Assembly (NCBI GenBank): GCA_951406725.2
Contig: OX597823.1
Location: 108,004,001-108,068,000, forward strand
DNA length: 64,000 bases
Direction of reading: 5' to 3'
Source: Octopus vulgaris
Taxonomy: Eukaryota
The notes below the pieces were generated by a model, which saw nothing but the letters and a program-made list of their open reading frames with translations, made no database searches and was not told the DNA's origin. This document shows, piece after piece, positions 14,797 to 28,025 of this stretch; position 1 is the stretch's first letter; every line of letters begins with the position of its first letter. A program made the position numbers and the translations under genes.

Positions 14797-15119
14797 ACAT
14801 CAGCAGCAACGACTGTAATAGTAGCAGTGCTTGTAGTACTAGTACTAGTAGTAGTAGTGGTGTTTATAGAAGATGAGTGTGTCAATCGTTTAGAATAATG
14901 GTTCTCAAACACTGTGTCGTAAATTTTAAAAAATATGATTTTTAAAATTTTTAACAAAATCCACACAGATTTTTCATGGACTTGAAAAACAAGTTGTTTA
15001 TGACATCGTTGTCCACAAATACCTCTGATAAAAACGAGTTAAACAATAGTTTTCATTATCTATACACATTTTTTTTTACCTTAAAATAGTTTTATTTAAA
15101 AAATTTCTCGTGGGAGAGC

Positions 15120-15695
15120 GAAAACATGGTTTTGTGGTTCACTTTGTAACCGTATGGTTTCGGGCGCAGTTTCACACCGCGTCACCTCCGGTAAGTGTAT
15201 TCTACAATAGCACCGAAGTGATCAATACTTTGTGAGAGAGTTTGAAAGAAAGAAGTCTGTAGAAACCTATCATTCATATATATATATATATATACATATA
15301 TACATATATATATAAACATATATATATGTATGTATGTATTATGTATGTATGTATGTATACATGTATGTGTATTTATCTATGTATACATGTATGTGTATGT
15401 ATACATGTGTGTGTATGTGTGTGTATACACATAAATATATGCCTCTGTGTGTGTGTGTGTACACATAAATATATGTCTTTGTGTGTGCCTTTGTATTTGT
15501 TTCCTCCCACCATTTGGCAACTGTTGTTGGCTTCTTCATGTCTCAGTAACTTAGTGCTCCGGCAAAAGAGACCGACAGAATAAGTAACAGACTTAAAGAA
15601 TAAGTACTGAGGTGGATTGTGAAACTAAGCCATTCAAGGTGCTGCCCCAGCATGGCTGAAGTCCAATGACTAAAACGAGAAAAAGATAAAAATAT
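15120..15695 (+). mobile_element. SINE family C, degraded, with internal microsatellite
   Basis: Degenerate head, (TA)/(TG) core, and tail cggcaaaagagaccgacagaataagta..cagcatggctgaagtccaatgactaaaac. Confidence 0.7.
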
Positions 15696-15808
15696 TAAGT
15701 CTCCAATGCACTTTAAATAGTAAAAAAAAAAAATAAAGAAATGATGGAGAAGATTCAGATTTCGAGTGTAAAGTTGACGAAAGTGTCAACTATGAAAATG
15801 TATGAATG

Positions 15809-16060
15809 TACGAAGCGGTATCAAAACGTTCCCAGAATAGTTCTGTAGCGCGCCAACGAATGACAGCACACGGTACCATGCGCAGTGAGAGCTAGCAGTG
15901 ACCTTCATGATATCGCTGTGCTTCGCAAGTTGTGAAATTTGTGATTTTGTGATCACGTGTATGCTGTACGTGATGTTTCGAGTGACTTGGGAGCTTCAAA
16001 AACAGAACGTCTCTGCAAGACAACAATCGATTTGGAAGGCCTCGAACTAATAAGATGTCA
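15809..16060 (+). mobile_element. Mariner-like left terminus fragment
   Basis: TA followed by cgaagcggtatcaaaacgttccc, resembling mariner-type TIR starts; no matching right end found. Confidence 0.35.
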
Positions 16061-16140
16061 ATATAGGATATGAAACTTCTATGATGTAAGGAATACAATG
16101 CTGGGTTAGCAAATGGCAAACAGATGAAAAGTGATATCGA

Positions 16141-16372
16141 TTTCTTTACTATCCACAAGGGGCTAAATATAGAGGGGACAAACAAGGACAGACAAACGGA
16201 TCAAGTCGATTACATCGACCCCAGTGTGTAACTGGTACTTAATTTATCGACCCTGAAAGGATGAAAGGCAAAGTCGACCTCGGCAGAATTTGAACTCAAA
16301 ACGTAACGGCAGACGAAATACGGCTACGCATTTCGCCCGGCGTGCTAACGTTTCTGCCAGCTCGCCGCCTTC
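16141..16372 (-). mobile_element. SINE family A, monomer
   Basis: Full unit with 17-bp TSD atgaaaagtgatatcga at 16124-16140 and 16373-16389. Confidence 0.93.
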
Positions 16373-16589
16373 ATGAAAAGTGATATCGACAACAGCAAAA
16401 TGTTATTTATTTAATATGTCTCGTGTTAGATCTTGCACAAAAACTGACCAATAGCTGTGAGAATAGTATGGTATTACCATAGACTTGGTATATTTCAAGT
16501 GATGTGTCGAAGTTCAAATACTGGAATGTTGTATTTGAACTTAGTGAGGGTCTCGAGTAATCCCAGAAACATTTTTTGTCTTTATCTCT

Positions 16590-17035
16590 AATCATTCGTT
16601 TCAGTCACTGGGCTGCGGCCATGCTTGAGCACCACCTTGAAGGCTTTTAGTCAGACAAATCGAGCCCGGTACTTTTTATTTTTACTTTAACGTTTGTTAC
16701 TTATTCCACCGATCTCTTTAGCCGAACTCCAAGTCACAGCGATGTAAACAAACAACGCACGCACGCACTCACGCGCGCGCGCGCACACACACACACATAC
16801 ACACACACATACACACACATACACATACACACACACACACATACACATACACACACATACACTCACATACACACATACACACACACACATGACGAACTTT
16901 CACTCAGTTTCTGCCAACCAAACTCACCCACAAGGCATTGGTCGGCCCGGGGCTATCGCAGATGACACAGTCCCACTTTCTGTGCAGTGGGACTGAACGC
17001 AAAACCACATGATTGTAAAGCAAGCATCTTAACCA
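16590..17035 (-). mobile_element. SINE family C, near full length, with internal (CA)n
   Basis: Reverse complement of the tail (gtttcagtcactgggctgcggccatgct) and of the head (cagtgggactgaacgc..cttaacca) around a (CA)n tract. Confidence 0.75.
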
Positions 17036-20000
17036 AATTTTACCCACTTTACCCGCTTAATCCATATCGTTACCCATTGTTACAGAATCGACATAAGGAT
17101 GCAATGTCATAAGTCTTTGTCGTAATCTCTAACAGAGCATCTGAAGTTGGTGAGAATTTCGAGAAATCTTTGAGACATATCAACGTAGAAAGATATATAT
17201 TTTATCTGTCTATCTACATACGTACTCTGGTGCTTTCTAAATCATTATCTCCACAACTGGTGCATTTGGCTATCATATAAATGCAGCCAATATCAACATT
17301 TAATTAATGCTGCTCTTCCAATTAATTATCTCGATTAATAATAATTACTGATTGGTGCCATCAATATATTAATTTAGACATACTGGTTACCATAACAACG
17401 CCTAGCAAATTACTTTGTCTGGAAACGAATCTGGACTTACTGTATGTACACAGTATGGGAGACAACGCTAAGGACAGCTGAAAGTTGTATTTGAGCCATG
17501 ATTGTCATAATGACACCGAGTGTAATGAAAATGATGATGGTGGTAGTGGTGGATCGTCTAGTTCGAATTATTTATCTCTTTACTCCCATTCAGACGTATG
17601 TGGGAACGATTATATTGGTCCGTTTGTCGGTCAAGTTCGCAGCAAGCAGGTCACCTACAATGCAGTTTCTTATGGAACTGTTTCACACACGTCAATAGCA
17701 CTTACTTCACTATCTGGAAAACAAAAATGAGCCAGTCTCTAGAATGTTGCCTTCCATTTTATATGCTTAAAACAAAGGCATGCCCGGAACATATTTGGCC
17801 ATGGGTTTACCTCGTCAAAGATAAACAGGAGCTAAACGACTGTAACAGCAATACACTCGGGCAAAGGTATAAACGTTGCAGTGTGTTAGTTTATCTACCA
17901 TAGCTATATGAGAACAATTATCTATTCAGTCACTTTTATCAGCAACATTACAATAGGTGGCAGCACTTTCTCTTGTAAAACAGCTATTCTGAAACAATAA
18001 CCACCCCCAGAACTTTACTATAACCACAAGAAAAAAAAAATAAAACATTTAACACAACCACCACTAATACCACCGCCGCCAACACCATCACCATCACCAC
18101 CATCACCACCACCGCCACAGCTACTACTACTACTACTACTACTACTACTAGCATCATCACGATCACTTCAATCACCACCACTAACTCCACCACCAATAGC
18201 ATTACTACTACCGATACTACCTTCAGCAATATTGCTACCATTACCCTCAGGAACTGTAACACCACCATCACCATCACCACTACTAAAAGCACTACTTGTT
18301 GCTACTAGTACCACTACAATTATCACTAACACCTCTTCTGCCACTTTATCACCACAACTACTACTCACGCAAGCAGTACTTACACCCCTGTCACCACCAT
18401 CACCACTACATCAACACCCACTACCACCCACCACTACCACCACCACCACCACCACCACCACCACCACCACCCAGTCATTAACACAATTACCCCTCCCCCT
18501 TTCCCACCTTTCATTATTACAATACTACAATACGTAGCCATTTCAAATATATAAAAAAAAAACAATTCAGTCACCCAAACGAAAATATTGACTAAAAAAA
18601 TTATGAAGAAGTTCATTGAGTGCAAATGTAAAAGTGTAACAAAGGAACGGCAGAGGGGGCGGGTGGGTGGGTGTGTGGAGAGAAGAAACAGAGAGTAAGG
18701 AGGTTTGAAGGAAAGGGGAAACGGACAGGAAGGTACAGAAAGAAAGAGCAAAATAAAGGAAAGGTAAATGGAAGTGAAATGTTGAGATAAGAAAGCTTAA
18801 AGAGAGAGAGAGAAAAGAGAGAAAAGAGAGAGTGAGAGAGAGAGAGATGGGAGAAGTGAAGAGAGAAATGAAATAAGGTGAGAGATGAGAAAGACAGAGA
18901 AGTAGAAAGTAAAGACGAGGAAGAGGAAAAGTGAACTATTGATCTATCTATCAATAGTTGTGATTAACTATTTGTGTGTCTGTCTGTAAAAATGGAATGA
19001 CCAAATGGATGATAAAGTATTAGACTAGCAGAACGGAATCGCCAGACAATGGCTATTGTCATCTTAAACATTGAACTTCTCACGACAATTTTATACAAAT
19101 CATCTCCATCTGCTGATACCAGTGACTTCTCTGACAGTTCGAACAGTAGAATTCAGCTCGGTGTGTTTTACGGAGAGCATTCTTTTCTAAAATATATTGT
19201 ATTGAGATTTCTCAGTTGTCCAACGATGAGGGTTGGCTTGTTCTGTGTTTCAGTTCAGAAAACAAAATACGAGAAGAGAAAATAATTTAAAATGTGCTCA
19301 ATTGTGTATAGCTTGACAACGACTGGGTTTAGTTTGAGCAAACTGAATCTAAAACCTAGTTCCTAATTAACAATTTTATTGAATCTCACCTCCAGTTGTT
19401 AGTCAATATTTCTGCGAAATTTGATCTCGTGTTCAGAGACAATATTTCGACTGAATCCCATCATCTTTGCCAATGAACCGTAGGATCTAAACTGGCCCTT
19501 TTCATACATTTTTATTTCGTTACCCTGATGGCCAATTGTTGTTTACCTATGAAGGGGCTCCACACAATTTGACAATGAACTAACCCTAAGAGCAGGTAAG
19601 TTCAGTCAGTGTTTAAGGACTTAATTTACGTTATCGTTTGACTAGTTATGCAAGAGTACTTACACCATAATAATGTACGCATTACTCCCTGGCTTGGAGT
19701 CGCTGTAGAAATAACATTCAAACCAGCTTGAAGTATATTTGAGGAGGTGAGGCGGAAATTTATGATAAAAGTCTACACTGACACCTGTGTGAAAAAAAAA
19801 TAAAATGAAAGCCACGAATAAATATGTCAGCTGGTGGAAAGGAGGAAACGAAATCATGTTCCGCGTCAGTAAATTTGGCGCATGGATTGGAAAATGTCTT
19901 TAACTGGCTCTAAGGCCTATAGATATTAGAATGAGTGTACTGTGCGAGTAATGGCTGGAGTGTTTTTAGGAAGGAGTGACACAATTATTTTAACACTACA

Positions 20001-20214
20001 CTGAAAGAAAATATTGTAGTATGAGCACATCAGCTTTGTTCATTTCTCATAAATAAGTACTTTATGGAATGAATATCGGGGCTTTGCTTCTCTTAATGTG
20101 AAAAGTGAAGGAGGAAGGATATAGTATATATGTTAATATGACCTATTATGGTCATCTCTTATGTGTTTAAATGTACATTGTATTTTTCTATATATATATA
20201 TGTATATATATATG

Positions 20215-20259
<45 letters not shown>

Positions 20260-20657
20260 TAGACAGCAATTATATATATATATATATATATATACAAGTA
20301 ATAAGAGAGGGACCACATGTGGTCACTCTAACGCTAGAAATAGATCCGCAAAGGGAATCCACCACTAAAGAATTGTTCTCAAGCATTAATTCAACACGCC
20401 AAGAATGTAAGCTAGCAGGACAAATGAAAAATAACGAAAAAATGGATTAACTCTATACAATTGTTTCATCGTTAATAGATTGTGTTATTTTACTTACAAA
20501 TCATTTTCGAATCATCGGTAGAGTATATCAAAAATATAATTTGCTGAACCGAACGCCAAAATCCATACGAAGCCGAGCAAAGGCGAACGGCACAGCCGAT
20601 TATACTTGCAGTTACGTTCAAATATCCTCATTTTTGGCGCGTTGAAAATACCGGATT

Positions 20658-20695
<38 letters not shown>

Positions 20696-20811
20696 TAGCT
20701 ATATATTGATAGAAATGACAAGACAACAAAAGAATGAGAGAGACCTCGATATTATGTAAATAGAGGAATTTATCTGTAAATATAATATGTGACAATTATT
20801 CGGTAGCCATG

Positions 20812-20870
20812 ATAAAACTCCGAGTTTCGGACGTCGAGGCGGAAACCTACGCCGGCATCTCTTCAGTTAT
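20812..20870 (-). ncRNA. Type-I hammerhead ribozyme motif (left arm)
   Basis: Minus strand: ataa-CTGAAGA-gatgccggcgtaggtttccgcctcgacgtcc-GAAA-ctcggag-TT-ttat. Confidence 0.78.
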
Positions 20871-20960
20871 TTGGCCATCAAAAAAATGCTATGAAAAAAA
20901 AAAAACCTTGGAAAGAAACGAACAATTTCTTTTTTTTCATAGCATTTTTTCGATGGCCAA

Positions 20961-21019
20961 ATAACTGAAGAGATGCCGGCGTAGGTTTCCGCCTCGACAT
21001 CCGAAACTCGGAGTTTTAT
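20961..21019 (+). ncRNA. Type-I hammerhead ribozyme motif (right arm)
   Basis: ataa-CTGAAGA(20965-20971)-stem II gatg..catc-GAAA(21003-21006)-ctcggag-TT-ttat; stem I extends via tggcca/tggcta; predicted cleavage after GUU at 21015. Confidence 0.8.
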
Positions 21020-21122
21020 CATGGCTACCGAATAATTGTCACATATTATATTTACAGATAAATTCCTCTATTTTCATAATATCGAGGTCTCTCTCATTCT
21101 TTTGTTGTCTTGTCATTTCTAT

Positions 21123-21177
<55 letters not shown>

Positions 21178-21619
21178 GGTTGTCTACTCATTAGTGAAAT
21201 GTGACCATTGCTGGCCAAGTTGAGTATGGCGTGCACAACACCACCATTACTCTCAATAGCAATACCAAGAATCCCAGAATCAAGCAAACTGCATGATATC
21301 CGGTTCAGAAGGGCATCAGGTTCTATATGCGAGTTAACCTTCTACGAGACGGATGCCTTAACAAACACCAGGATTCCCTCACCCCCAGTGAGTTTACTGC
21401 ACCCTCGGATACAAACCCGAGAATTTCTGTGTTCCGTCGCTCATATGCGAGTTAACCTATATATGTGTGAGTGGATGTGTATGTACACCCAACACACACA
21501 CACACACACATATATATATATTTACTTAGACCTCTCATACGCACTAATACTCTCTCATACACACACACACACACACACTCTTCTCATACACACACACACA
21601 CACACACACACTCTTATGT

Positions 21620-21917
21620 TTGAGCGGGGGTCATTCAACCCTATTATCTCCCCTAATTTCGCTCTTGCGTCTCTTGTTTGATCTTTGACTTCTGGCCGAA
21701 ATCAGATCGCCATGTTGATTCGCTAGCTTTTGCACGCATATTTTTTTCTCTCCTTCTTTCTGTGTTTTTTTCTCTCTGTGTATCTTTCTGTTGAAGAGCG
21801 TAGGCTCGAAACGTTAAAGACTTGTTTCATTTATATTTCCTGAGCGCCATACTAATACAATTGTTTGTTTGTATTCCACCTGCCTTCGTCTTTTGTCTAT
21901 TTTCATAAAGCTTACCG

Positions 21918-21919
<2 letters not shown>
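21620..21919 (+). mobile_element. Penelope-like non-coding element family H1
   Basis: Homologous to 2398-2552; ends directly in (TA)n; contains a hammerhead motif. Confidence 0.7.
21783..21820 (+). ncRNA. Minimal type-I hammerhead ribozyme motif (variant core CUGUUGA)
   Basis: tcttt-CTGTTGA-a-gagc gtag gctc-GAAA-cg-TT-aaaga; perfect 5-bp stem I, 4-bp stem II, palindromic AACGTT stem III. Confidence 0.72.
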
Positions 21920-21966
<47 letters not shown>

Positions 21967-22072
21967 CACATACATGCAGACATTCATACACGTATACATA
22001 TGTATGTGTGTATTGTTTACGTAGGTACACAGTAGAAGTTGAAATCACACACTCACACTCACACATACACAC

Positions 22073-22108
<36 letters not shown>

Positions 22109-22188
22109 GGTTGTCAGATAAATTTGTTCGTTTCTTCCCAACGTTATTTGAATCAGCATTGGGAACCTGATAAGTGTTCATGCTTCGA

Positions 22189-22250
<62 letters not shown>

Positions 22251-22987
22251 GTGTGCGTGTGTGTTTGTGTGTGTGTCTGTGTTTGTCCGCCTCCATCGCT
22301 TGACAACATCCTGGGCTCGATTTCTTCGAGTAAAAAGCGGTGCTCCAGCATAGCCGCAGTCAAATGACTGAAACAGGTTAAAGTAAAAAAAGAATATTTA
22401 TGTATAGAATAAACACACGAACAGATATGCACGCAAACATATATATATATATATATATGTAAACATATACAGCTGTCATAAGCATGCTGTATATACTTGT
22501 AGCTGTGCTTAAAATGTTTACAGAAACCATGTGTGCGGATGGTTTCATGGTTTGTTATGTTTTATAAATCCCTTGGGAAAAACCCATACTTTCATCAAAC
22601 CGCTATCTATCGCCCGATCTAATATAAACCCCTTAATCTTGGAGATATTATCACTGGTTTTAAATTTGTCGTAGTCAGTTATGACGTGTTTGAGAGTGTG
22701 GTCTTTAACGATAATAAATAAAGAAACAAACTAATAAGCAAATAAATAAATAAATAAATAAATAAAATAAGGCTCAGCTAATTTCGCCACTGATTTTCTA
22801 TTGGTAGCTATCGTTAACTGGTGGAGTTTCTTCATGCGCGGATCTGATAGATTGAAACCGAAAACATCAACCACTGATTGAGGAAACACTCTGATGGCTG
22901 ACGCTTAAGATTTAAAAGTGTATGTAATTATATTATGTATGTATGTATGTATGTATGTATGTATGTATGTAGATATGTATGTATAAG

Positions 22988-23399
22988 GGCGGCGAGCTGG
23001 CAGAATCGTTAGCACGCCGGGCGAAATGCTTAGCGGTATTTCGTCTGCCGCTACGTTCTGAGTTCAAATTCCGCCGAGATCGACTTTGCCTTTCATCCTT
23101 TCGGGGTCGATAAATTAAGTACCAGTTACGCACTAGGGTCGATGTGATCGACTTAATCCGTTTGTCTGTCCTTGTTTGTCCTCTCTGTGTTTAGCCCCTT
23201 GTGGGTAGTAAAGAAATAGGAATTTCGTCTGCTGCTATGTTCTGAGTTCAAATTCCGCCGAGGTCGACTTTGTCTTTCATCCTTTCGGGGTCGATAAATT
23301 AAGTACCAGTTACGCACTGGGGTCGATGTGATCGACTTAATCCGTTTGTCTGTCCTTGTTTGTCCTCTCTGTGTTTAGCCCCTTATGGGTAGTAAAGAA

Positions 23400-23402
<3 letters not shown>
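22988..23402 (+). mobile_element. SINE family A, head-to-tail dimer in (TATG)n
   Basis: Full first unit; the second starts at aatttcgtctgc after aaagaaatagg. Confidence 0.92.
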
Positions 23403-23430
<28 letters not shown>

Positions 23431-24249
23431 TGTATGTATGTATGTATGTATGTATGTATGTATGCTTGTTTGTGCGTGTATATCTGTATGTGTGTGCTTG
23501 TGTATTTATTTCCCAGAATTAACGTCAGCTTCGATTATCCATCAATAAGTGTGTGCTGTGGCGACGATTTTGACCAATAAATTGCATAATACGAACCAGT
23601 TATCTAAGCTGTTTGCAGTTTATACCTGACAACTTTGGTGTTCTTGCAAAATGTATCGGGCTGAGCATAAGGAGAAAAGCTACAAAAACAACAAAACTGA
23701 AATACTCTCATAAAGATATGTGAGCTCATATATATATATATATGAAAACTCATTTGCGACTGCAAGACATCTTTTGACAACATGTACTAAAATACATGCA
23801 GTAATACCATTTTTTACACGGAAACTTTTCAATATGCAAAATTTTTTGCTTACTTTTTTTGTGTTGTATGAGTAAAACTCATCTTATGAAATCGCACACT
23901 AATATTTATATTGGTGTATATAATATATATATAAAAAATTGTTAAGTGGAAATATTTTAGTATTTTTGCTTTGATGTATATAAATATGTGATAATATTTA
24001 CCTCCTATTTTAAAAATAAGACTTGTTTTATTGACACACACACGAACACACAAACACACATACCACGTATATGTATATGTAAACACACACACACACGCCC
24101 ACAATACATACGCACATACACACACATGCAAATACACATACACACAGTAACATTTTTCTCGGTGCTTGTTACTATTAAGCTGCGATGGGATGGTTATTTT
24201 CATTTCCGGTTTTAAGTTAATATTTAACTACCGTTGTGAATCTATGCAA

Positions 24250-24310
24250 GTATGAATGTATGTATGTATGTATGTATGTATGTATGTATGTATGTATGTA
24301 TGAATGAATG

Positions 24311-24344
<34 letters not shown>

Positions 24345-24482
24345 TGTATGTATGTATGTATGTATGTATGTATGTATGTATGTATGTATGTATGTATGTT
24401 TGCATGTATGTATGTATGTATGTATGTATGTATGTATGTATGTATGTATGTATGTATGTATGTATGTATGTATGTATGAATG

Positions 24483-24514
<32 letters not shown>

Positions 24515-24562
24515 TGTATGTATGTATGTATGCATGTATGTATGTATTTATGTATGTATGTA

Positions 24563-24593
<31 letters not shown>

Positions 24594-24602
24594 ATGTGTG
24601 TG
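24250..24602. repeat. (TATG)n microsatellite
   Basis: Long tetranucleotide run; source of the MYVC/HTYI ORFs. Confidence 0.95.
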
Positions 24603-24649
24603 ACTCTCGCCACAACAGTATGCATGTATATATTTATGTGTGTGCCTCT

Positions 24650-24852
24650 TTGCGTCTATGTTTGTACCTCCACCATCGCTTGTTGTGTTTACATCGCCAT
24701 AACTTAGTGGTTCGACACAAGCGACCGGTAGAATAAGTACTAGGCTTACAAAGAAAAGTCCTGGGTTCGATTTCTTCGACTAAAATCCCTTTATGTCGGT
24801 GCCCTAGCATGGCCACAGTCAAATGACTGAAACAACTAAAAGAGTAAAAGAA
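24650..24852 (+). mobile_element. SINE family C 3' half
   Basis: agaataagtactaggcttacaaag..agcatggccacagtcaaatgactgaaac. Confidence 0.75.
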
Positions 24853-24867
24853 TGTATATATATATAC

Positions 24868-24929
<62 letters not shown>

Positions 24930-25157
24930 ATAAGATCGTTAATTTAAAATTAAATAACGATCTTATCAAGTGGCCAGCATGGAAAAAAATAACCTTCAAA
25001 GGTAATAATTATTAAAATTACAAATAAAGGTATCTACGAGTTACCACCATGCTGAAAATAGCAGCCATGATCTGAGTCATTCTAGGTTGGAAACCGACTC
25101 TTTCTCTATTGGCATGAAATCTTCAAATAAAACTATATTACGGTATACATACATATA

Positions 25158-25192
<35 letters not shown>

Positions 25193-26080
25193 ATGTATGT
25201 ATCTATCAATATATCTATCTATCTTTCTTACTTACTTTCTTTCTTTCTTTCTTTCTACTTATCTGTGTATGTATGTATGTATACATGTATGTATGTATGT
25301 ATGTATGTATGTATGTATGTATGTATGTATGTATGTATGTATGTATGTATGTATGTATGTATATATATATATATGTATATATCTGTGTGTGACTAGTTTG
25401 ATAAGTGCCAACACACGAAACTCTCGGACTTTGAGCCACTCTGTTACTTCTGCTAAATATAAACAAAATATAAATATATATATATACTAATGTGCGTATG
25501 TGTGTGTGTGTGTGTGTGTGTGAGTGTGTGTGAGTGTTTGTTTGTATAAAACGAATGATGCTGTTGTTTTTGTTGTTGCTGTCGTCCCAGCCGGGTGTCT
25601 CACATAAAAGAAAACCAAACGCGAATGTATCCTCCGTCGTCGACAACACCCCAATTTATTGGTTGTGACATTAAAACGAGGGTAACCAGAAACCAGTTAA
25701 AATAACATCAGAGCCTTATGGACGAGCTTGAACCTGGGTCCTGAAGCCAAAGAAATATTTGAGGAATTAGTGATAGTGCTAAAGATTTTTATTTTCCTTC
25801 CATCATTTTGGTTATTTATGTATTTTTGTTTCTTTTTCTTTACAAACCAAATGTCTTGAAGCTTTTAAAAGACGAACAAGAATTTCATAGAATGGCTCCA
25901 AAATCTTATGGTCTGCTGCAAAATGTCTTGGATGAAGTTTATTTTCTGAATATGTCGAATTCTTGGAAACTTCACGTCTTAGAAGAAATAAAAGTTTTTT
26001 TTTTGGTTTATTTTTTACTTTTTGTAACTTCTTGTCATTTTGTTTTTGCTTTAAACGCTTTAAAACATTTCTTTGGTGGT

Positions 26081-26083
<3 letters not shown>

Positions 26084-26163
<80 letters not shown>

Positions 26164-26192
26164 GTATATATATGTATGTATGTGTATATATG

Positions 26193-26235
<43 letters not shown>

Positions 26236-26280
26236 GTATATATATGTATATATATGTATGTATGTGTATATATGTATGTG

Positions 26281-26337
<57 letters not shown>

Positions 26338-26470
26338 GTATATATATGTATGTATGTGTATATATGTATGTGTATATATATATATATATGTGTATGTGTG
26401 TGTGTATATATGTATATATATATATATGGATTTTTATGTGTGAACGTATGTATGTGTGTGTGTGTGTGTA
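26084..26470. repeat. Compound (TA)n/(TATG)n microsatellite with higher-order duplication
   Basis: The block atttatatttatatatgtatatatatgtatgtatgtg recurs at ~26148 and ~26322. Confidence 0.9.
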
Positions 26471-26577
26471 GTTGCTTTCTTTTATTCTTATTATACGTTT
26501 TATAAGCTGCAGTAATACATTTGCTCTTCCATTTCGGCACAGTGTAGTTATTACAGTTATTGTTGCTTTATTGTTAC

Positions 26578-26628
<51 letters not shown>

Positions 26629-27039
26629 CATCATGATCATTATCATGAATTCGTAACATTGTTGCTGTGGCACTTCTTTCTGTTGTTGCTGCTGTTGTTG
26701 CTTCTGCTTCTGTTTCTGCCGTTATTTTTGCTGTGTTGGCTATAGTTGTTTTGGTTGTCTCGTCTCGCAAGGAATTCCTTGAAACGAGAAATAATAAATG
26801 ATAGCGCTGTAAAATATGACAAAGCCTAGTACAATTGTCTCATTTACAGATAAATATCGCTAGACATTAGTTAACATATGTTTTTCTTTCCCTCCTAATG
26901 TCTATTGCTGCCGAAGGTGTGTCTCTGCAGTATATAATATATATATATATATACACGTCTATCTGTCTATCTACGTATATATCCATAGACACACACAAAC
27001 ACGTATACACACTCACTTGCTTACCAGGAGGCAAGAATC

Positions 27040-27110
27040 AATTTATATATAGATATATGAATAGAATATATATATATATGAATATGTATATATATACACA
27101 TATATATACG

Positions 27111-27143
<33 letters not shown>

Positions 27144-27208
27144 GAATGTATATATACATATATATATATATGCATATATATATGTATATATATACACATA
27201 TATATACG

Positions 27209-27244
<36 letters not shown>

Positions 27245-27480
27245 CACATATATATATATATACATATATATATATATGTATATATACACATATATATATA
27301 CGTATATATATATATATATACACACACGTATATATATATATGTGCATACATACATATATATATGTGTGTATGTTTGTGTATATATGTATGTATGTATGTA
27401 TGTATGCATGTATGTGTGCATGTACATTTGTATGTATGTATGTATGTATGTATTTATGTATGTGTGTATGTATGCATGTG
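27040..27480. repeat. Compound (TA)n/(TATG)n microsatellite
   Basis: Interrupted dinucleotide and tetranucleotide run. Confidence 0.9.
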
Positions 27481-27870
27481 AAGGCAAGCTGCGTGGTAAA
27501 AAGCTTACTTCCCAACTAGATGGTACAGGGTTCAGTCCCACTGCATGGAACCGAAGGCAAGTGTCTTCTACTATTGCCTTGGGTTGACCAAAGCCATGTC
27601 AGTGCATTTAGTTAATGGAAACTGAAAGAAGACCGTCGTATATATATTCTCGTTTTTTCTTTTATTCTTTTGCTTGTTTCAGTCATTTGACTGCAGCCAT
27701 GCTGGAGCATCACCTTTATTCGAACAAATCCCTGGACTAACTTTTTGTAACCCTAGTTCTTATTCTATCAGTCTGTTTTGCCGAACCGCTAAGTTACGGG
27801 GACATAAATACACCAACATCGGTTGTCAAGCGATGTCGGGGGTGAGGGACAAGCACACACGCGCGCACAC

Positions 27871-27929
<59 letters not shown>

Positions 27930-27970
27930 TCTTCTTTCAGTTTCCATCTACCAAATCCACTCACAAGGCA
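27481..27970. mobile_element. Two SINE family C pieces in opposite orientation (+ 27481-27645; - 27655-27970)
   Basis: Plus-strand head with gggttcagtccc B box and ggcaagtgtcttc; minus-strand tail, (CA)n and ttctttcagtttccatctaccaaatccactcacaaggc. Confidence 0.75.
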
Positions 27971-27987
27971 AGCTTCTTACTACATGA

Positions 27988-28021
<34 letters not shown>

Positions 28022-28025
<4 letters not shown>

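Larger units (their letters stand above)
20701..21130. repeat. Near-perfect ~200-bp inverted repeat of Penelope-like element family H2, in (TA)n
   Basis: Arm 20701-20905 is the reverse complement of 20927-21130 with only a few mismatches; short spacer; (TA)n or (TA)n(GA)n outside both arms. Confidence 0.95.

Noticed and set aside
25690-26083. Possible further ribozyme element before (TA)n
   Set aside because: CTGAATA..GAAAC..GTC lacks G8 and a coherent stem I.
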